Source: Chrysemys picta bellii
Taxonomy: Eukaryota
Reading direction: 5' to 3'
Length of the DNA: 64,000 nucleotides
Assembly: GCF_011386835.1 (NCBI RefSeq)
Contig: NC_088791.1
Location: 191,332,001-191,396,000, forward strand
Below the pieces are notes generated by a model. It was not told the DNA's origin, made no database searches, and saw only the letters and a list, made by a program, of their open reading frames with translations. The first letter of the stretch is position 1. Every line of letters starts with the position of its first letter. Shown here in pieces: positions 26,016-38,916 of this stretch. Position numbers and translations under genes: made by a program.

Positions 26016-26779
26016 TAATCAATATTTAATTAAGGATACAGGAGCCAGGAATAGAAATTAATATTTAAGGTGAACACTCTCTTTATACTGTTAGGGTTTG
26101 TTTCTTTTATTTAACCTAATGGGTTTGTTAAGGCACAGGTGACTATGTGAAGATATATAACCAAAATCAGTTAGTCTCCACATTTTAGTGGCAGTTTTCC
26201 ATTTTGCAAGCCACGGATAGTGATGGGACTGAATGAACACCTTAATCTGCTGGCTGATTATTTTATTTAAAATGGGCCCAGACGTTCGTGTGGGTGATTG
26301 TACAAAACTGAAAAAAAATCCATACTAATTGGAACTGGTTTCCAATCTAAAATCCTCCCAAGCCTACTGAAAGTAGGACTCTCCCACCACTTTTCCCATT
26401 CACTTAGTTGTCCTTCCCATAAGCAGCCTGGGAAAATAAGTGTGCTTGGCAGCATTATCTGACAGCAAGGGGAAAGGGTAATATTTCGGAGGCCCTGGAG
26501 ACAGTAAACAAAATGGCTGGCGTTAATTGGACAATCCAACTAAATTATACATACCTAAGGTCCCTTCCTATAGATCCAACTGGGTCTCAAAGAGCTCCTG
26601 GCTCTGAATGATCGCAGCACCATCTGCCTCCCTGTCTTCAGTGATATCTTCTTCATCTGCCAGTTCAAGGGAACCCTCCATTGCAGGTTGTGAGCTGTCC
26701 ACTTTTATAGGCAGGAAGGCAGGTGGTTCCTGGCTCAGTCTGACAACAAGCTGTTTGTTACACAGGCCTGTCTAAGGGG

Positions 26780-27437
26780 CAACACCAGACTTAAGGCTGT
26801 GTTCCTCTGTCTTCTGGTAAGCCTGACGCAGCTCCTTCTCCATTTCCTGGCATTGGCCCTCATCCCTGCTATACCCCTGGGCCTCAGTGCCCTCAATGTA
26901 CACTTCCCTTGTATACCTCTTTATTCCTGTTGAAATTATGTAGCTATGCCCGCACATGCTCTTCTCTACCCCACCTTCGCATCAAGGAAATCAAGGACCT
27001 TTTCCCTAGACTATACAGTGGCATGAGGATGAATTAGACTTGTGCTTGTCCAACTTTCACAAATACACTTGTACTAGCAGGAAAAGAGGCATTTCCAAAA
27101 TATATCAGTGACTTTAAAGTGGGGGAGTGGGGTTGGACTTAGTATCACCATGATACCTCAGGAGCATTGTTCAAAAATTAGACAGAATGGGCACTGCTGA
27201 GGGGACAGGTGCTAGAAGACTACTTGTACTGGTACAGGTACTTCTGCAGCCATACAAGCATCATGCCAGTAAAACTATACTAGTAGAGGGCTTGTGTCAC
27301 TGGAGGAACTGATTTAACTTGGCTGGTAAAAGTTGAGGGATTTTTTTGTCAGGACTCAAAACTAAATGTGGATGCATGCAATACTGTGCTGACAGAAGGC
27401 AAGTTTTGCTGTTAAAACTTTGTAGTGTAGACCAGGC
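26780..27437 (-). mobile_element. Degenerate Harbinger fragment (Myb/SANT-like gene remnant)
   Basis: Minus-strand QGYSRDEGQCQEMEKELRQAYQK parallels KIKELRQANQK at 44776; TIR-like gtagtgtagaccaggcc at about 27421-27437. Confidence 0.5.
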
Positions 27438-28001
27438 CAGGAAGTGAACAACGTTGAGCTTTGCCAGACCCACGGGGGTGAAATGCCCTGTCTTTGTCTC
27501 ACTCTTCCCTTTCTCCACCCCACCTGTTTACTGTGTAGAACTGTTAACTCATACGTGTCAGCTGATGTTAACTCCAATATTATGATGAAAGAGGTAGCTG
27601 GGACTCAACTATTTAGGGCTTTTTAGACTTTAGGGTTCTACACTAGCTAGTGAAAACGGAGACAATTGTCTGTTACTTTGTAATTGCAAAAGCAAAAAAA
27701 TTCAATTGTTAATATATTTAGTTTTAAGTAGACAAAGGTATATAAACTACAGCTGTGCACTGAGCTTTAAAAATGCATAGTTTCAACAGTTAGCACCCAG
27801 AGCTTGCACGCTGGGGGAAAAAGAAATTGGACTAATGAAGTCTAAACAATAAGGAATAAGGCAGGAGATTGAGAACAGATAATCATGGTAAGGTGGAAAG
27901 TGGGTTCTAATAATCAATTTACAGGATGAGAGGTGATGTTCAAAGGATAAGTGATCACATGAAAAAAATCACTCAGATTATATAGTCTGCCTTATTTTCA
28001 G

Positions 28002-28161
28002 GTGGCCGACCAGCACTAGTGAGAAACCAGAGACTGATAATTGGGATGCTTGGGCAGCTCAACCTTCTCTGACTGTTCCAAGTGCAGGGCAGGTGAGGCA
28101 GAGATCAGCCTTCACCCCAGCCACTGTTACCGGATCATCGCCTTCTCCTGTCCTGGGGCAG
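28002..28161 (+). CDS. ITSN1: ITSN1 exon, SH3A-SH3B linker ([53 protein letters not shown])
   Basis: ttttcag acceptor and CAG|gtaagt donor; 160 nt, phase 2 to 0; translated by hand. Confidence 0.95.
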
Positions 28162-28354
28162 GTAAGTGGCTATATCTGTGCAGAAATCATACTTTAACCC
28201 AGTGTTTTAACTTACGCAAAGTGATGACCAAACATTAATTGACCAGCCCTTGCAACATTCATCTAAGGGAGGTAAAGTATTTCAAGATGAGGAGATGAAG
28301 ATGTCAAACAAAGCCATGCGGGAAGTGCAATTTGGCATTCTCGGAGTTCTCAAG

Positions 28355-29099
28355 TAGAGCTGGGTGAAATATTTTTGACACAAAATTTGTCAAAAAAATT
28401 CATTTTGGTCAACCCCAAACTATTTGTGAATTTGACACACATTCACCAAATAGTTTTAGGCAGGAAAAAAATGTTCAGGTTAGATTCCCAAAATGTGGTG
28501 AAGAAGAGTAGGAGGTGGTGGGGATGGTGTCCCCCATTATAACTCTTATCCCAGTGATTAGTGCACTCAATTGGTTTGTGGGGGTTAGAACCTGAGTTTC
28601 CTGCTCTGGAGCAATGATTTGAACCCAGATCTCCCCCTCCCAGCTTTGTGCCCTAACCATTTGGGCTGCATCGCTCTCATTTTTTCCTACTGAAGCTGTT
28701 CCATTTTTTATAAAATGCTTGAATAAATTGGGCCAGAGAGAAAGAGAGAGCAACTCTAGTCTGGTGGTGAGGACAGTCACTTGGGAGGAGTGATCTGGGC
28801 TCAAATCTCTGCTCCAGATCGGGGATTCAAACCTGGGTCTCCCACATCTCAGGTGAGGGATTTAGATCAGCGGTTAGAAGTTTTATCAGGAGACCAGCAT
28901 CAACATCCTTTCCTCCTCCAATCATTTTATGACTCTAGCTCTTAAAAAATGCCTGGAAACAAAATGTTTTGGGTCAAACTAGCTTTGATTTGCATAATTT
29001 TTGTCTACATTTTTTAATTTATTTCAACCCAATTTGCAAACTTTATTTTTTTTCCAGAACTGCTAGAGAACCGAAAAATCAGTTATTCGCCCAGCTCTA
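28355..29099. mobile_element. Non-autonomous DNA transposon (hAT-like) with internal tRNA-like modules
   Basis: TIRs tagagctgggtgaaat / ttattcgcccagctcta; TSD not clearly preserved. Confidence 0.65.
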
Positions 29100-29673
29100 T
29101 TCCTGAATCCCAATCCTGTGCTCAATCTGTTAGATCACAGTGCCTCAACACTGGCTGAAAAATATGTAGTGCTGGTACATAGATATAGCATTCTGAGATG
29201 TGCTAGATATGTAAAACCCGAAAAAGCAAGTAGAATGCAAGATGGCATAATGAATAAGTTATAGCAAAAAGATTCTCTTTATTTTCACTTTTTGTGAGAT
29301 TTACTATAAGCCCTGGGGGCAAGGCTTGTCTCTTTATTTATAGTGCTTTACATAAATGTGGTAGATGAGACAATTAATTTTTAAAACCTTTTTCTGTGTA
29401 GAAAAATTATTAAATATCTTACAGGAGTGTATGCACCAGGCACTTTAATACAAATCTAGAAATACTGGTGGACTGTGTTAATATATCCACTTGATTGTAT
29501 TTTTTTTTAAATGATCTGTTTGGCTTTATTTGAGTAAAAAGCTTATTTTAATAGAAACAGTCAACACACAGAGCTGTGTCTATAAATGAATGTTGGATTT
29601 ATTTATTTATTTATTAGCAGCCTTCTTTGCGAAAGACTCTAAGTGATTCACATTTATTTTCTTACCACAATAG

Positions 29674-29879
29674 GGTGAAAAAGTAGAGGGCCTTCAAGCA
29701 CAGGCCTTGTATCCTTGGAGAGCCAAAAAAGACAACCACCTCAATTTTAACAAAAATGATATCATCACAGTTCTGGAACAGCAAGACATGTGGTGGTTTG
29801 GAGAAGTCCAAGGTCAAAAAGGATGGTTTCCCAAATCATATGTGAAACTCATTTCAGGCCCCATAAGAAAGTCGACAAG
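29674..29879 (+). CDS. ITSN1: ITSN1 exon, SH3B ([23 protein letters not shown]...[19 protein letters not shown])
   Basis: aatag acceptor and AG|gtattt donor; 206 nt; ORF 29707..29910. Confidence 0.97.
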
Positions 29880-30695
29880 GTATTTTGTTTGGTTGCTTTT
29901 GTTAGAATGAACAGCATTTTTATTTAATCATTAATATTATGTTGTTCCTATTCAAAATGTTGTGTGTACTTGTACGTTCGTTTTTAAAGTGTTGGCATTG
30001 TGTGGCCATATTTGTGTATCTGGTTTCAGATCGGTGTGACTCCGTTTATAAATAAAATGATGAGCTTTGTTTTCTGGCTTCCTCTGTTTTGTTTTTGTTT
30101 TTGTTTTTGTTTTTTTTAAACTTCCAGTCCTACCTACAAACTCAGCTTGGGATATGAAAGCAAAGATGGATTCTTCCTGCATCATGTATCGCCAACAACA
30201 ATTCTGCATTTAGAATTTAGCTAACAATTTTGGCTACACAATGTCAACAAAACTAAAAAGTAGCAAAATCTTACTTACTTTGATAAAATAAGTAAGAATT
30301 GAAATACGCGTGGGGTAGGGCTAGTGAGTAAAGAGGTGCCACTTTCCTATATTCACTTTACTAACAAACAGTGTTTTGAAAGATAGTAAGATTGTACTCT
30401 AATACAATACATCGTGTGAAAACAATGTTCTAGTTGATAATGAAAACTAGAATGAACTTTACATTTTTCTATTGGGGAGCAGAGGAGAGCACAGCAATTT
30501 TTGCTTTCAGTCCAGTTACATGATTTCAAACTGTATTTTGTCATGCTGAGGTTTAAAACTTAAATTTTACTATCTTTTTGCTTTACATGTTGAGATAGTT
30601 TGTTCATGGATATAGCTTTTAATGTATTTTTTATTCAAAACATTTAGTTTTGTTAAATTTAGAGAAATTAAGACATTTAATATTTTCTCTTTAAG

Positions 30696-30778
30696 CATGG
30701 ATTCTGGTTCTTCAGAAAGTCCTGCTAGTGTAAAGAGAGTAACATCACCAGCAACTAAACCTGCTATGTCAGGCGAAG
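30696..30778 (+). CDS. ITSN1: ITSN1 exon, SH3B-SH3C linker (SMDSGSSESPASVKRVTSPATKPAMSGE)
   Basis: ttaag acceptor and G|gtaaga donor; 83 nt, phase 2 to 1. Confidence 0.93.
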
Positions 30779-33700
30779 GTAAGAATTTGGATTGAATGAT
30801 ATTAGTAACATCTTACTGTATAGTTTTAATAAAAGAAATTATATAGTAATAGGAACAAGTTCAGAGCCAGATCCAGTGGGAGTTGGTGGTACTCAGTTCC
30901 ATTGCAGAATCAGGCCCTCTTACTTTACAAAGTAAGAATTTGAATTACCTCCAGAATTAATTATGACTATAAGGCTATGTCCTGCATGTTTTGTAAAACT
31001 GCTCATTTACAGAAGAATAGTATTTTTCTAATTAACTTAGGTACATTAATTTATGCAGTGTTATTTATAAGCAGTTGAGAATCAATCCCATTTTCTGATT
31101 GTTTTTAGCCTTCTGCCTACAATAGGAAGGGCCCAGGCCCAGCATATGAAATGCATAAAGGATATATTTTCTTTTAACATACACTGTGTGTGTGTATGCA
31201 GTATATGCCATGTAAAAACATGCGTACATGCTTCAAGATAAGCAAGAATATTCATTAAATTAATAAGTTGTCTCCCAAAATTTTAGTTTTTCATTCACAA
31301 TGTTTCTTTGTGAATAATTTGAATCCTGCGGTGCCTGTTTTCCTATTTAAATGTTGGATAGACCAAAACTTTCGACCTCTTAGAAAGGGAAGACAAACCA
31401 GTGCTGATCCCACCATGAGGAAAGGGATAATTATCCAAACAGACATGTATGTACTGTAAATTTTTAATAGTTTTAATTTGTGCTGTCTTATTTGACCCAA
31501 GAAGGTTAGATTTAAATTATAAATTAATAGCAAATAATATAAATAAATATACATTAATAGCAAATAACAAGGACTGCACTCAGTGCCTTGAGATAGATAT
31601 CAGTATTTTTTGTTGTTCCATGTTATTTTGAACATTAAGCACCTTCCATTAATGAACTATTATTAATCGAAAACCATGTGAGTACTTATAGTTGTCTACA
31701 AGTTTGTACCTATTTTTTTCATAACAAGATTCTAAATGTGCCAGACCTTTGCCATCATTGGAACCCACACCACTGCTAGCACAGGTATGGCTGCAGTGAT
31801 ACCAAGAAACAGATAAAAAAACTTTTCTTCTGAGATATTGTTGATAAAACTGCTGTCAATATAACAAACTTTTCATAAGACATGTTAGCTTGGTAGAAGT
31901 TGGATTCAGTTATTAAACATGTAGGCTCCCTATTTTTTTAGTATTAAAAGTAATATTGACACTAGGGATTTTTTTGGGGTGGGGTGGGGTTGCATTTAAA
32001 TGGGAGTGAGTCCAGCAATAGTTGTGCCAGTTCAATTCAGTTATTTATATCACTTAATTATTGACCTATAGCATATCTGATTCAAGGTTGAAGGGGGTTA
32101 CTGGAGTTAATCTGATTCAGAATTGGTTACTTAATTGTCAAAAAAGCACACAAAGCAAGGGATAGGAGCTGTATGCATGTGCACATGTGTGAAAATAAAT
32201 ATATTTTACAAAATAGTAATATCTCTATCAGTCTTTTTAGCAGTGCTTTAATTCTTTATTTTTTAAAACCTCATCTGTACAACTGCAATTTAATAGGAAT
32301 CATTTGGGGCAATTTTTATCACACACAATGTAGTCTATAGTTTGCCACTGATAATAAAAATTCCACTGTGGAAAGTGGAATTATAGAAGGATGCTAAAAT
32401 TTGGCTTCCTTGATTTTCAAAGGCAGTTTAAAAGCAAATACAGAACTGCTAAACCATCTCCCTCCCAGTCGTGGCTCTGTAGCTACAACCTGGGATACTG
32501 CACGTCTTCTGTCATACGTTCTGTATTTTTCAGTTTGATTAGCTGGATATTTTACACACTGTGCTAAAAGCATATACTTTCAAAAATATTTTTTAAAAAT
32601 GTTTTGTATGGATTCAGCAGCTTTATAATTTCTTTAGGAAAGGAAACTCGTATATAAGTATTCTTCAGAAACAGACTTTCATGAAAGCTAGTTAGTATTT
32701 TAGGTCTGAGGATAGTATTTCCATCTACACTTACTCCCCAACCATTAAACGTGCTATGCCTGCCACTGTTTTCCACAAGCAAAGTGTGTAACACAGAATA
32801 TTTTCAGAAATCTTTGAATTGTGTAATAGGCATACTAATTCAGAAAATGTTACTGGTTTGTCTGAGATTCTTATTTGCACTCCTAGCTGTACAGGTTTTC
32901 ATTTAGTTCTGTAATTAAATTACACGTTGCATTTCTCAAGAGCAGTCTGTTTCAGTGTTGTTGTTTTTTTTTTTGCTCTTGAATACCAAACAGCTGACCA
33001 TGTTTTAACAAAATTGTGTATTCCACCATTATCTTAGCATTTTCAAGCCAACTGTTGCATAGGATACAATGAGATTGGCTGTCTCCATACAAAGCTTCAA
33101 GTAATGAAAGAATTCATTGTTCATGAGAGCCAACTGACCTATGTAAAAGGAACACTGTATCAGAAGTTCAGAAAGTGGGATTTTGTATGCCAGGACTGAA
33201 ATGCTAGTTCTCAGCATAAAATTGAACCCGTAGAAAGTATGCTTATAAAGCCAATCATCATCAAGTGCTTGCACATGTCCATTCCACTTTAGGACTGTGT
33301 GCGCTAGGGCATTGAAGCTGGAGAATTCTTCCCCATAACAGTATCCATCAGGACAGCACATGTTAGCCAACGGTATAAAAGGATGGAGCCGCTCTGCCCC
33401 CTCATCAATTCCTTTTTACTGCTCATGGTCAGTAGTTGTACATGTGTGAACTTTACTCTCTCCCATTCTGTTTTTAGAAAAAATTGCTAGAGGTTTTTTA
33501 CTGTAAATAGTTTAGTATGGTTGTAGTTATAGTTTTAATTAGTAGCACTTTCTTTGAGCTTTTAGCATGGTACTGGGGCATGCATAAATCCCTGGGATTT
33601 AAGCGCCATTCTGGCTGTAGCAAGTCTATACCAGTCAGCAATCCTCACTCCCTGTTTAAAGTGTTTTGCAGAAGTATGCGTGAGGCATCAATGCCTTATC

Positions 33701-35182
33701 TACGCGGGTCTTTCAGACCAGGATTAAGAAGTTGAGAGATGTTTGACTTTGAGATAGGGAAATAGTTTTTCTTCCCCCTTCGGACCCCAGCTGCTCTGTA
33801 CCTGGGGATTCAGACTTGACCCTATCTCAGACCACATCACCAGATTTGGCAGCATCCATGCAGCAGAGAGAGCTAGAGACACCAATCTCCATTTTCAGTA
33901 CTGGGCAAGCTGCAGAAGTAGTCCACCATTTCAACCTCTTCTGGCCAAAAGAAGCCCTCTTCATCTTGAGGGCGTGGTCCCCAACAGACTTGCACAAGAA
34001 GAAGACCAGTACCGAGGTTAGAGCTAAGGCAGCTCCCACTTAGGCACTCCTAGTACAGCATTCTAGCAATGTAGAGTAATCGACTCTGGCCCTTCATGCA
34101 AGACCATAGAGGCTGACTCCATTGCCGGGACCTTCAGTGGCACCACCTTCCTCTGTGCTGCGTCCTACTGTACCAGTACCATGACATCTGAAGTGTTTGC
34201 AGTGGCCAGGGATCTCCTGTGCTTATTGGTGTCAGACTCACCACTGATGCTGGATGAGACTCAGTTACCAATTAATTCTACCCCCCTGGGATACTTCTTG
34301 GCATCTACACATTTGGTGCTGTTGGGGACTGAACCAGACCCCCTCGGTATGAACAAAGGAAGTTCTGTTGTGCAGTAGAGCAGACATACAGTCCCTTCAG
34401 CAAGAGGAAAGCCTCAGATTCTTCCTCCAGTACCATCCACCTCCCATCAGGTCTTGGTCTCCTGCTACTCTACTTGTTACTATGCTGCCTTGGCATTCAG
34501 ACTGTGCTAACTCGTCGTTCGAGTCAGAGGTGGTATATTATGCTTTACAATCTCATTTCAGAAGGGCTCAAGCATCTTCCGTTTGTCCTCATGCCGTTCA
34601 AGGCCCCAGCATCGTGACTTCTTATAGGAGCAGGTCTCGATCGGATGCCCTTAGGGCTGGACCCTGGTATTGTATCAAGTACAGCAGTGGCCTTTCTGGA
34701 ATCCATGGGGTACTCCTGGATTCACGTCTGTTTTCTCTTGTGTATCACTCTACTTAATCTCCATCAAGGTGCCATTTTGTTTGTACTGACTCCATTACCC
34801 AGAATTGAGGGATCTTATTCCTCCAGCATCTGACCCTCCTGTTACAGATAGTCAGCACTCAACAGAGCAGACTGACACTGTAGTGCCTCTGCACAATGCT
34901 TCCTCATCACCACCAGATGGGGTCACTGTCTCAGAATTGTCCTCCCAAATCCCAGGTGATTATAAAATGTACCAGGAAACTAGGGAAAGGGTGGCTGCCT
35001 CCCTAGGTATTCAGATGAAACTGTTCCAGGATAATCCACACAAATTAGTGGATATTTTGAATTCGGCAACGCCATCTGGCTCTGCCTATTAATGAAGCCA
35101 TCTTAGAACCCACCAGAATTCTTTGACAAGAATTCCTCTTCCTTGACACCCACTGCCAAGAAAATGGAGAAGAGGTACCAAA

Positions 35183-35930
35183 TTCTTTGAGTGATTGCTC
35201 CTGTCTATTCCACAGTAGGTGTGCATGCTCGCCGTGTGCACCGGTGTTGGAAGTTTTTCCCTTAGCAGTACCCGTACTGGGGGAGCACCGTGGCAACCCC
35301 TTGAGTGGCGCCTGCATATCGCGCTATAAGGGGAGCCACAGGCTTCCCCCACCCTCAGTTCCTTCTTGCCAGACAACTCCGACAGAGGGGAAGGAGGGTG
35401 GGGTGTGGAATAGACAGGAGCAACACATCTCGAAGAATGCCAGTTACGGAACAGGTAACTGTCCTTTCTTCTTCGAGTGATTGCTCCTGTGTATTCCACA
35501 GTAGGTGATTCCAAGCAATATCTGCTGGAGGTGGGTAGGAGTTCATGATGGTTTGGGACGAAGTACTGCCCTGCCGAACCCGGCATCATCCCTAGTCTGG
35601 GAGACGATCGCGTAATGCGAAGTAAATGTGTGAACTGAGGCCCAGGTGGCCGCCCTACAAATGTCCTGGATGGGGATATGGGCTGCGTAGGCAGCTGATG
35701 AGGCCTGAGCCCTTGTAGAGTGTGCCCTGATGATCGGTGGCAGGGGAATCCCTGCCAACTCATAGCACGTGCGTATGCACGAGATGATCCAGCGGGAAAG
35801 CCGCTGGGAGGAGATAGGCTGCCCCTTTGCCCGCTTGGCCGAGGCAACAAATAGTTGAGAGGATCTGCGGAACGGCTTAGTCCGATCCAGGTAAAAAGCC
35901 AGCGCCCTACGCACATTGAGCGTGTGGAGA
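35183..35930 (-). mobile_element. Inverted 3' fragment of a younger DIRS (YR C-terminus, ICR, terminal repeat)
   Basis: ORF 35543..35914 (RRALAFYLDRTKPF...IRAHSTRAQASS...FTSHYA); ICR about 35405-35500; terminal repeat 35183-35375; same family as 7522-13566. Confidence 0.9.
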
Positions 35931-36963
35931 CAAGTTGCCAGATGATGCTAAAGAGGAGTTCGGAGCTCTTGTACATGAAGGCTGCCTGTTAGCAAGGTTG
36001 TCTTTACAGGCTGTATTGGATGAGGCGGATTCAGAAGCTCTGATAACGGCAACAGCAGTTACTATGTGTTGTGCATCTTGGCTGCAATCGTCTGGCATTC
36101 CAACCAAAGTCCATCAAACAATGGAAGACTTGCCCTTCATTCTCTCAGAAGACTGACTACAGTCTGGATTCTCTTTAAGAGTCTAGGACAACCTTAAAGT
36201 CTTTGGGTTTCATACACAAGTCCTAAGAGAGAGCACTTCTGCTCTCAGGTCCAGCAAAGGTACCTGTTCTACCTGATAAGGCAGCCAGACCAGTCCAGGG
36301 AATGCCATAAATCTCAGAGGAAGAGACCACCTCCTTGTCCACTGCCTTCTGCTACCTCTAAATAATCTGTAATATCTAAGCAATCTATTTGATTCTGTCA
36401 TCGAGGTCAGCAAGCCACTCTAATTTCTCCTGCTTTTGGCAGCAAGTTGTCCCACTTCCTAAGCACTTGGACCCACATAATAACCTATCAATTGGGTTCT
36501 AAACGTGATGGAACTGAGAGGTACCCTGCAATTCACCTCTATTCCCCCTTCCCACACACCTCACCACCCTTTTCAAGGACCATTCTCACAAGACTGTACT
36601 GATTCATGACAGTCAGTCTCTATTACAGTTATGGGGCAGCAGAGTCAGCATTGGGGGAAGGGAGTCTGTTCCCGCTATTTTCTCATTGCAGAGTCCAAGG
36701 GATGCCTCAGACCTCTTTTAGATCTGCAAAAACTCAGAGTTTTATATGATTACTCCTACATCTGTTATCCCGACCTCAGACCCCAATGACTGGTTTGCTG
36801 CCCATGACTTAAGGCTTGTCTCCTCGTATCATGGCTCGACGCTGTGGCGATTGATCTACTGGGGGTCAATTTAGCGGGTCTAGTGAAGACCTGCTAAATC
36901 GACCGCTGATCGCTCTGCCGTTGACTCCGGTACTCCACCGGAACGAGAAGCATAAGGTAAGTC

Positions 36964-37108
36964 TCCATCTCTGGAGATATTTAAGAGTAGGTTAGATAAA
37001 TGTCTATCAGGGATGGTCTAGACAGTATTTGGTCCTGCCATGCGGGCAGGGGACTGGACTCGATGACCTCTCGAGGTCCCTTCCAGTCCTATAATCTATG
37101 ATTCTATG
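36964..37108 (+). mobile_element. CR1 LINE 3' end nested in the MITE
   Basis: gatgacctctcgaggtcccttccagtcct...ctatgattctatg tail; aagtc flanks both sides. Confidence 0.85.
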
Positions 37109-37175
37109 AAGTCGATGTGAGAATTTCTCCTGTCGACCCAGCGTGGTGTCAACACACTGCCATGAGTCGATCTTA

Positions 37176-37442
37176 GGCTAGGTCTACACTACCCGCCTGA
37201 ATCGGCGGGTAGAAATCTATCTCTTGGGGATCGAATTATCGCGTCTCGTCGGGACGCGACAGTCGATCCCTAAATCAACGCTCTTACTCCACCAGTGGAG
37301 GTGGGAGTAAGTGCCATCCACGGGGAGCCACGGAGGTCGATTTTGCTGCCGTCCTCGCACATAGCTGAATTTGCGTATATTAAGTCGACTCCCCCCTCTT
37401 CCCTCCCCCCCCCCCCCCCCCCCCCGTAGTGAAGGCCTGCCC
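37176..37442. mobile_element. Harbinger MITE (inner)
   Basis: TIRs ggctaggtctacactac / gtagtgaaggcctgccc; tta and taa flanks. Confidence 0.75.
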
Positions 37443-38026
37443 TAAGGTACATCGACTCCAGTCGACTTAGCCCAGTAGTGTAGACCTGCCCTTAGAGGAT
37501 GCCTGCTTCCATTTGGTCATTCACCAGAGCTACAGAAAGTTTTTAAGACTTGTTGTAGAAGATGTTCATTATCCGTTTATGGTGGTCCTCTCTGGCCTTT
37601 TGTCAGCTCCTCGAGTCATCACAAAGTGCATGGCATTGGCTGCGACACATCTCAGGGAGGCAGATGTTTAGGTGTACCCATATCTGGATGACTGAATGGT
37701 TCAGGGTCGGTTCAGACAGCGAGTAGTGGTAGCCATGAAAAAGATCCAATCCCTCTTTCATTTGTTGAGCCTGTTAGTCAACAAAGATAAATCCGTTCTC
37801 TTTGTACAAAGAATCAAATATGGTTTTTATGAATTAAATTTGACCACAGTGAAGATTGTATTAATCTCTGGCCAGGTTTTAGGTGATCTTGGACCTGTGC
37901 AAATACTTCAAGGCTTCATATGACAGTGAGGAATTGCCTGAAACTTCTTGGTCCCATGGCAACTTGCACATACATGACATAGCATGCCAGACTTCACCTC
38001 AGTGTCATGCAGAGGTTGTTGTAGAC

Positions 38027-38202
38027 CAGGGGTTGGCAACCTTTGGCACATGGCCCATCACGGAAAGCACATGGCGGGCCGGGCCGGTTTGTTTACCTGC
38101 CGCGTCCGCAGGTTCAGCCGATCGTAGCTCCCACTGGCCGTAGGAGATGTGCTGGCCGCTGCTTCACATAGCCCCCATTGGCTGGAGCGGCGAACTGTGG
38201 CC
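38027..38202. mobile_element. Truncated hAT MITE (same family as 19985-20151)
   Basis: caggggttggcaacctttggca...ggccgggccggtttgtttacctgc; no right TIR seen. Confidence 0.75.
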
Positions 38203-38916
38203 TTTCAATTCAAGATCCCACACCTCTCCCTTAGGTCTCAGGACATAGTTTTGCAGGACCATGGCCAGACTCTGCATCCCAAACCTCTCAGCCTATACTT
38301 TACTGCTTGGATGCTTGGATGCTCAGTGGCTAACTTCCCAGGATGTCTGTTCCCTTGGAGTGTAAAATATTTTAAATAGCAGAAAACCCTCCCACTTATA
38401 CTCACCTCAAGAAATGGAAGAGCATGTGGTCACAGCAAGAAGATACCTCTCCTTCAGTGGCTCCGATTCAGTCTGCTCTGGATTACCTGCTTCACCTAAA
38501 GGAAAAAGGACTTTCTACCACTTCCATGAGGGTTCATCTGGCAGCTGTTGCCACATTCCATCCTCCAGTAGATGAAAGATCCGTCTTGTTCCAACCCTAC
38601 GACTGTTATGCTCTTGAAAGGTTTGGACAGGCTCTTTACCCCCTATTAGGGACCAACACCATTCTGGGATCTGAATTTAGTTCTTTCCATTTTAATGGGG
38701 CCTCCTTTTGAACCTATAACTGTGTGGTTGTTTTCACATCTTTCAATGAAGGTGGTGTTCTTGGTGGCTATTACTTCAACCAGGAGGGTAACAGAATTTC
38801 AGGCTTTGGTGGCTGATGTTCCTTATATATTTATCTTTATGAAAGTTAACATGTGTCCACACTCCAAATTTCTCACAAAAGTGGTGTTGAATTCTAAATA
38901 AGCTTATATACTTACT

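Larger units (their letters stand above)
36812..37491. mobile_element. Harbinger MITE (outer) inserted in the DIRS RT
   Basis: TTA TSD at 36809-36811 and 37492-37494; right TIR gtagtgtagacctgccc; removal restores gac-tta-gag-gat-gcc (DLEDA.FH). Confidence 0.75.
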
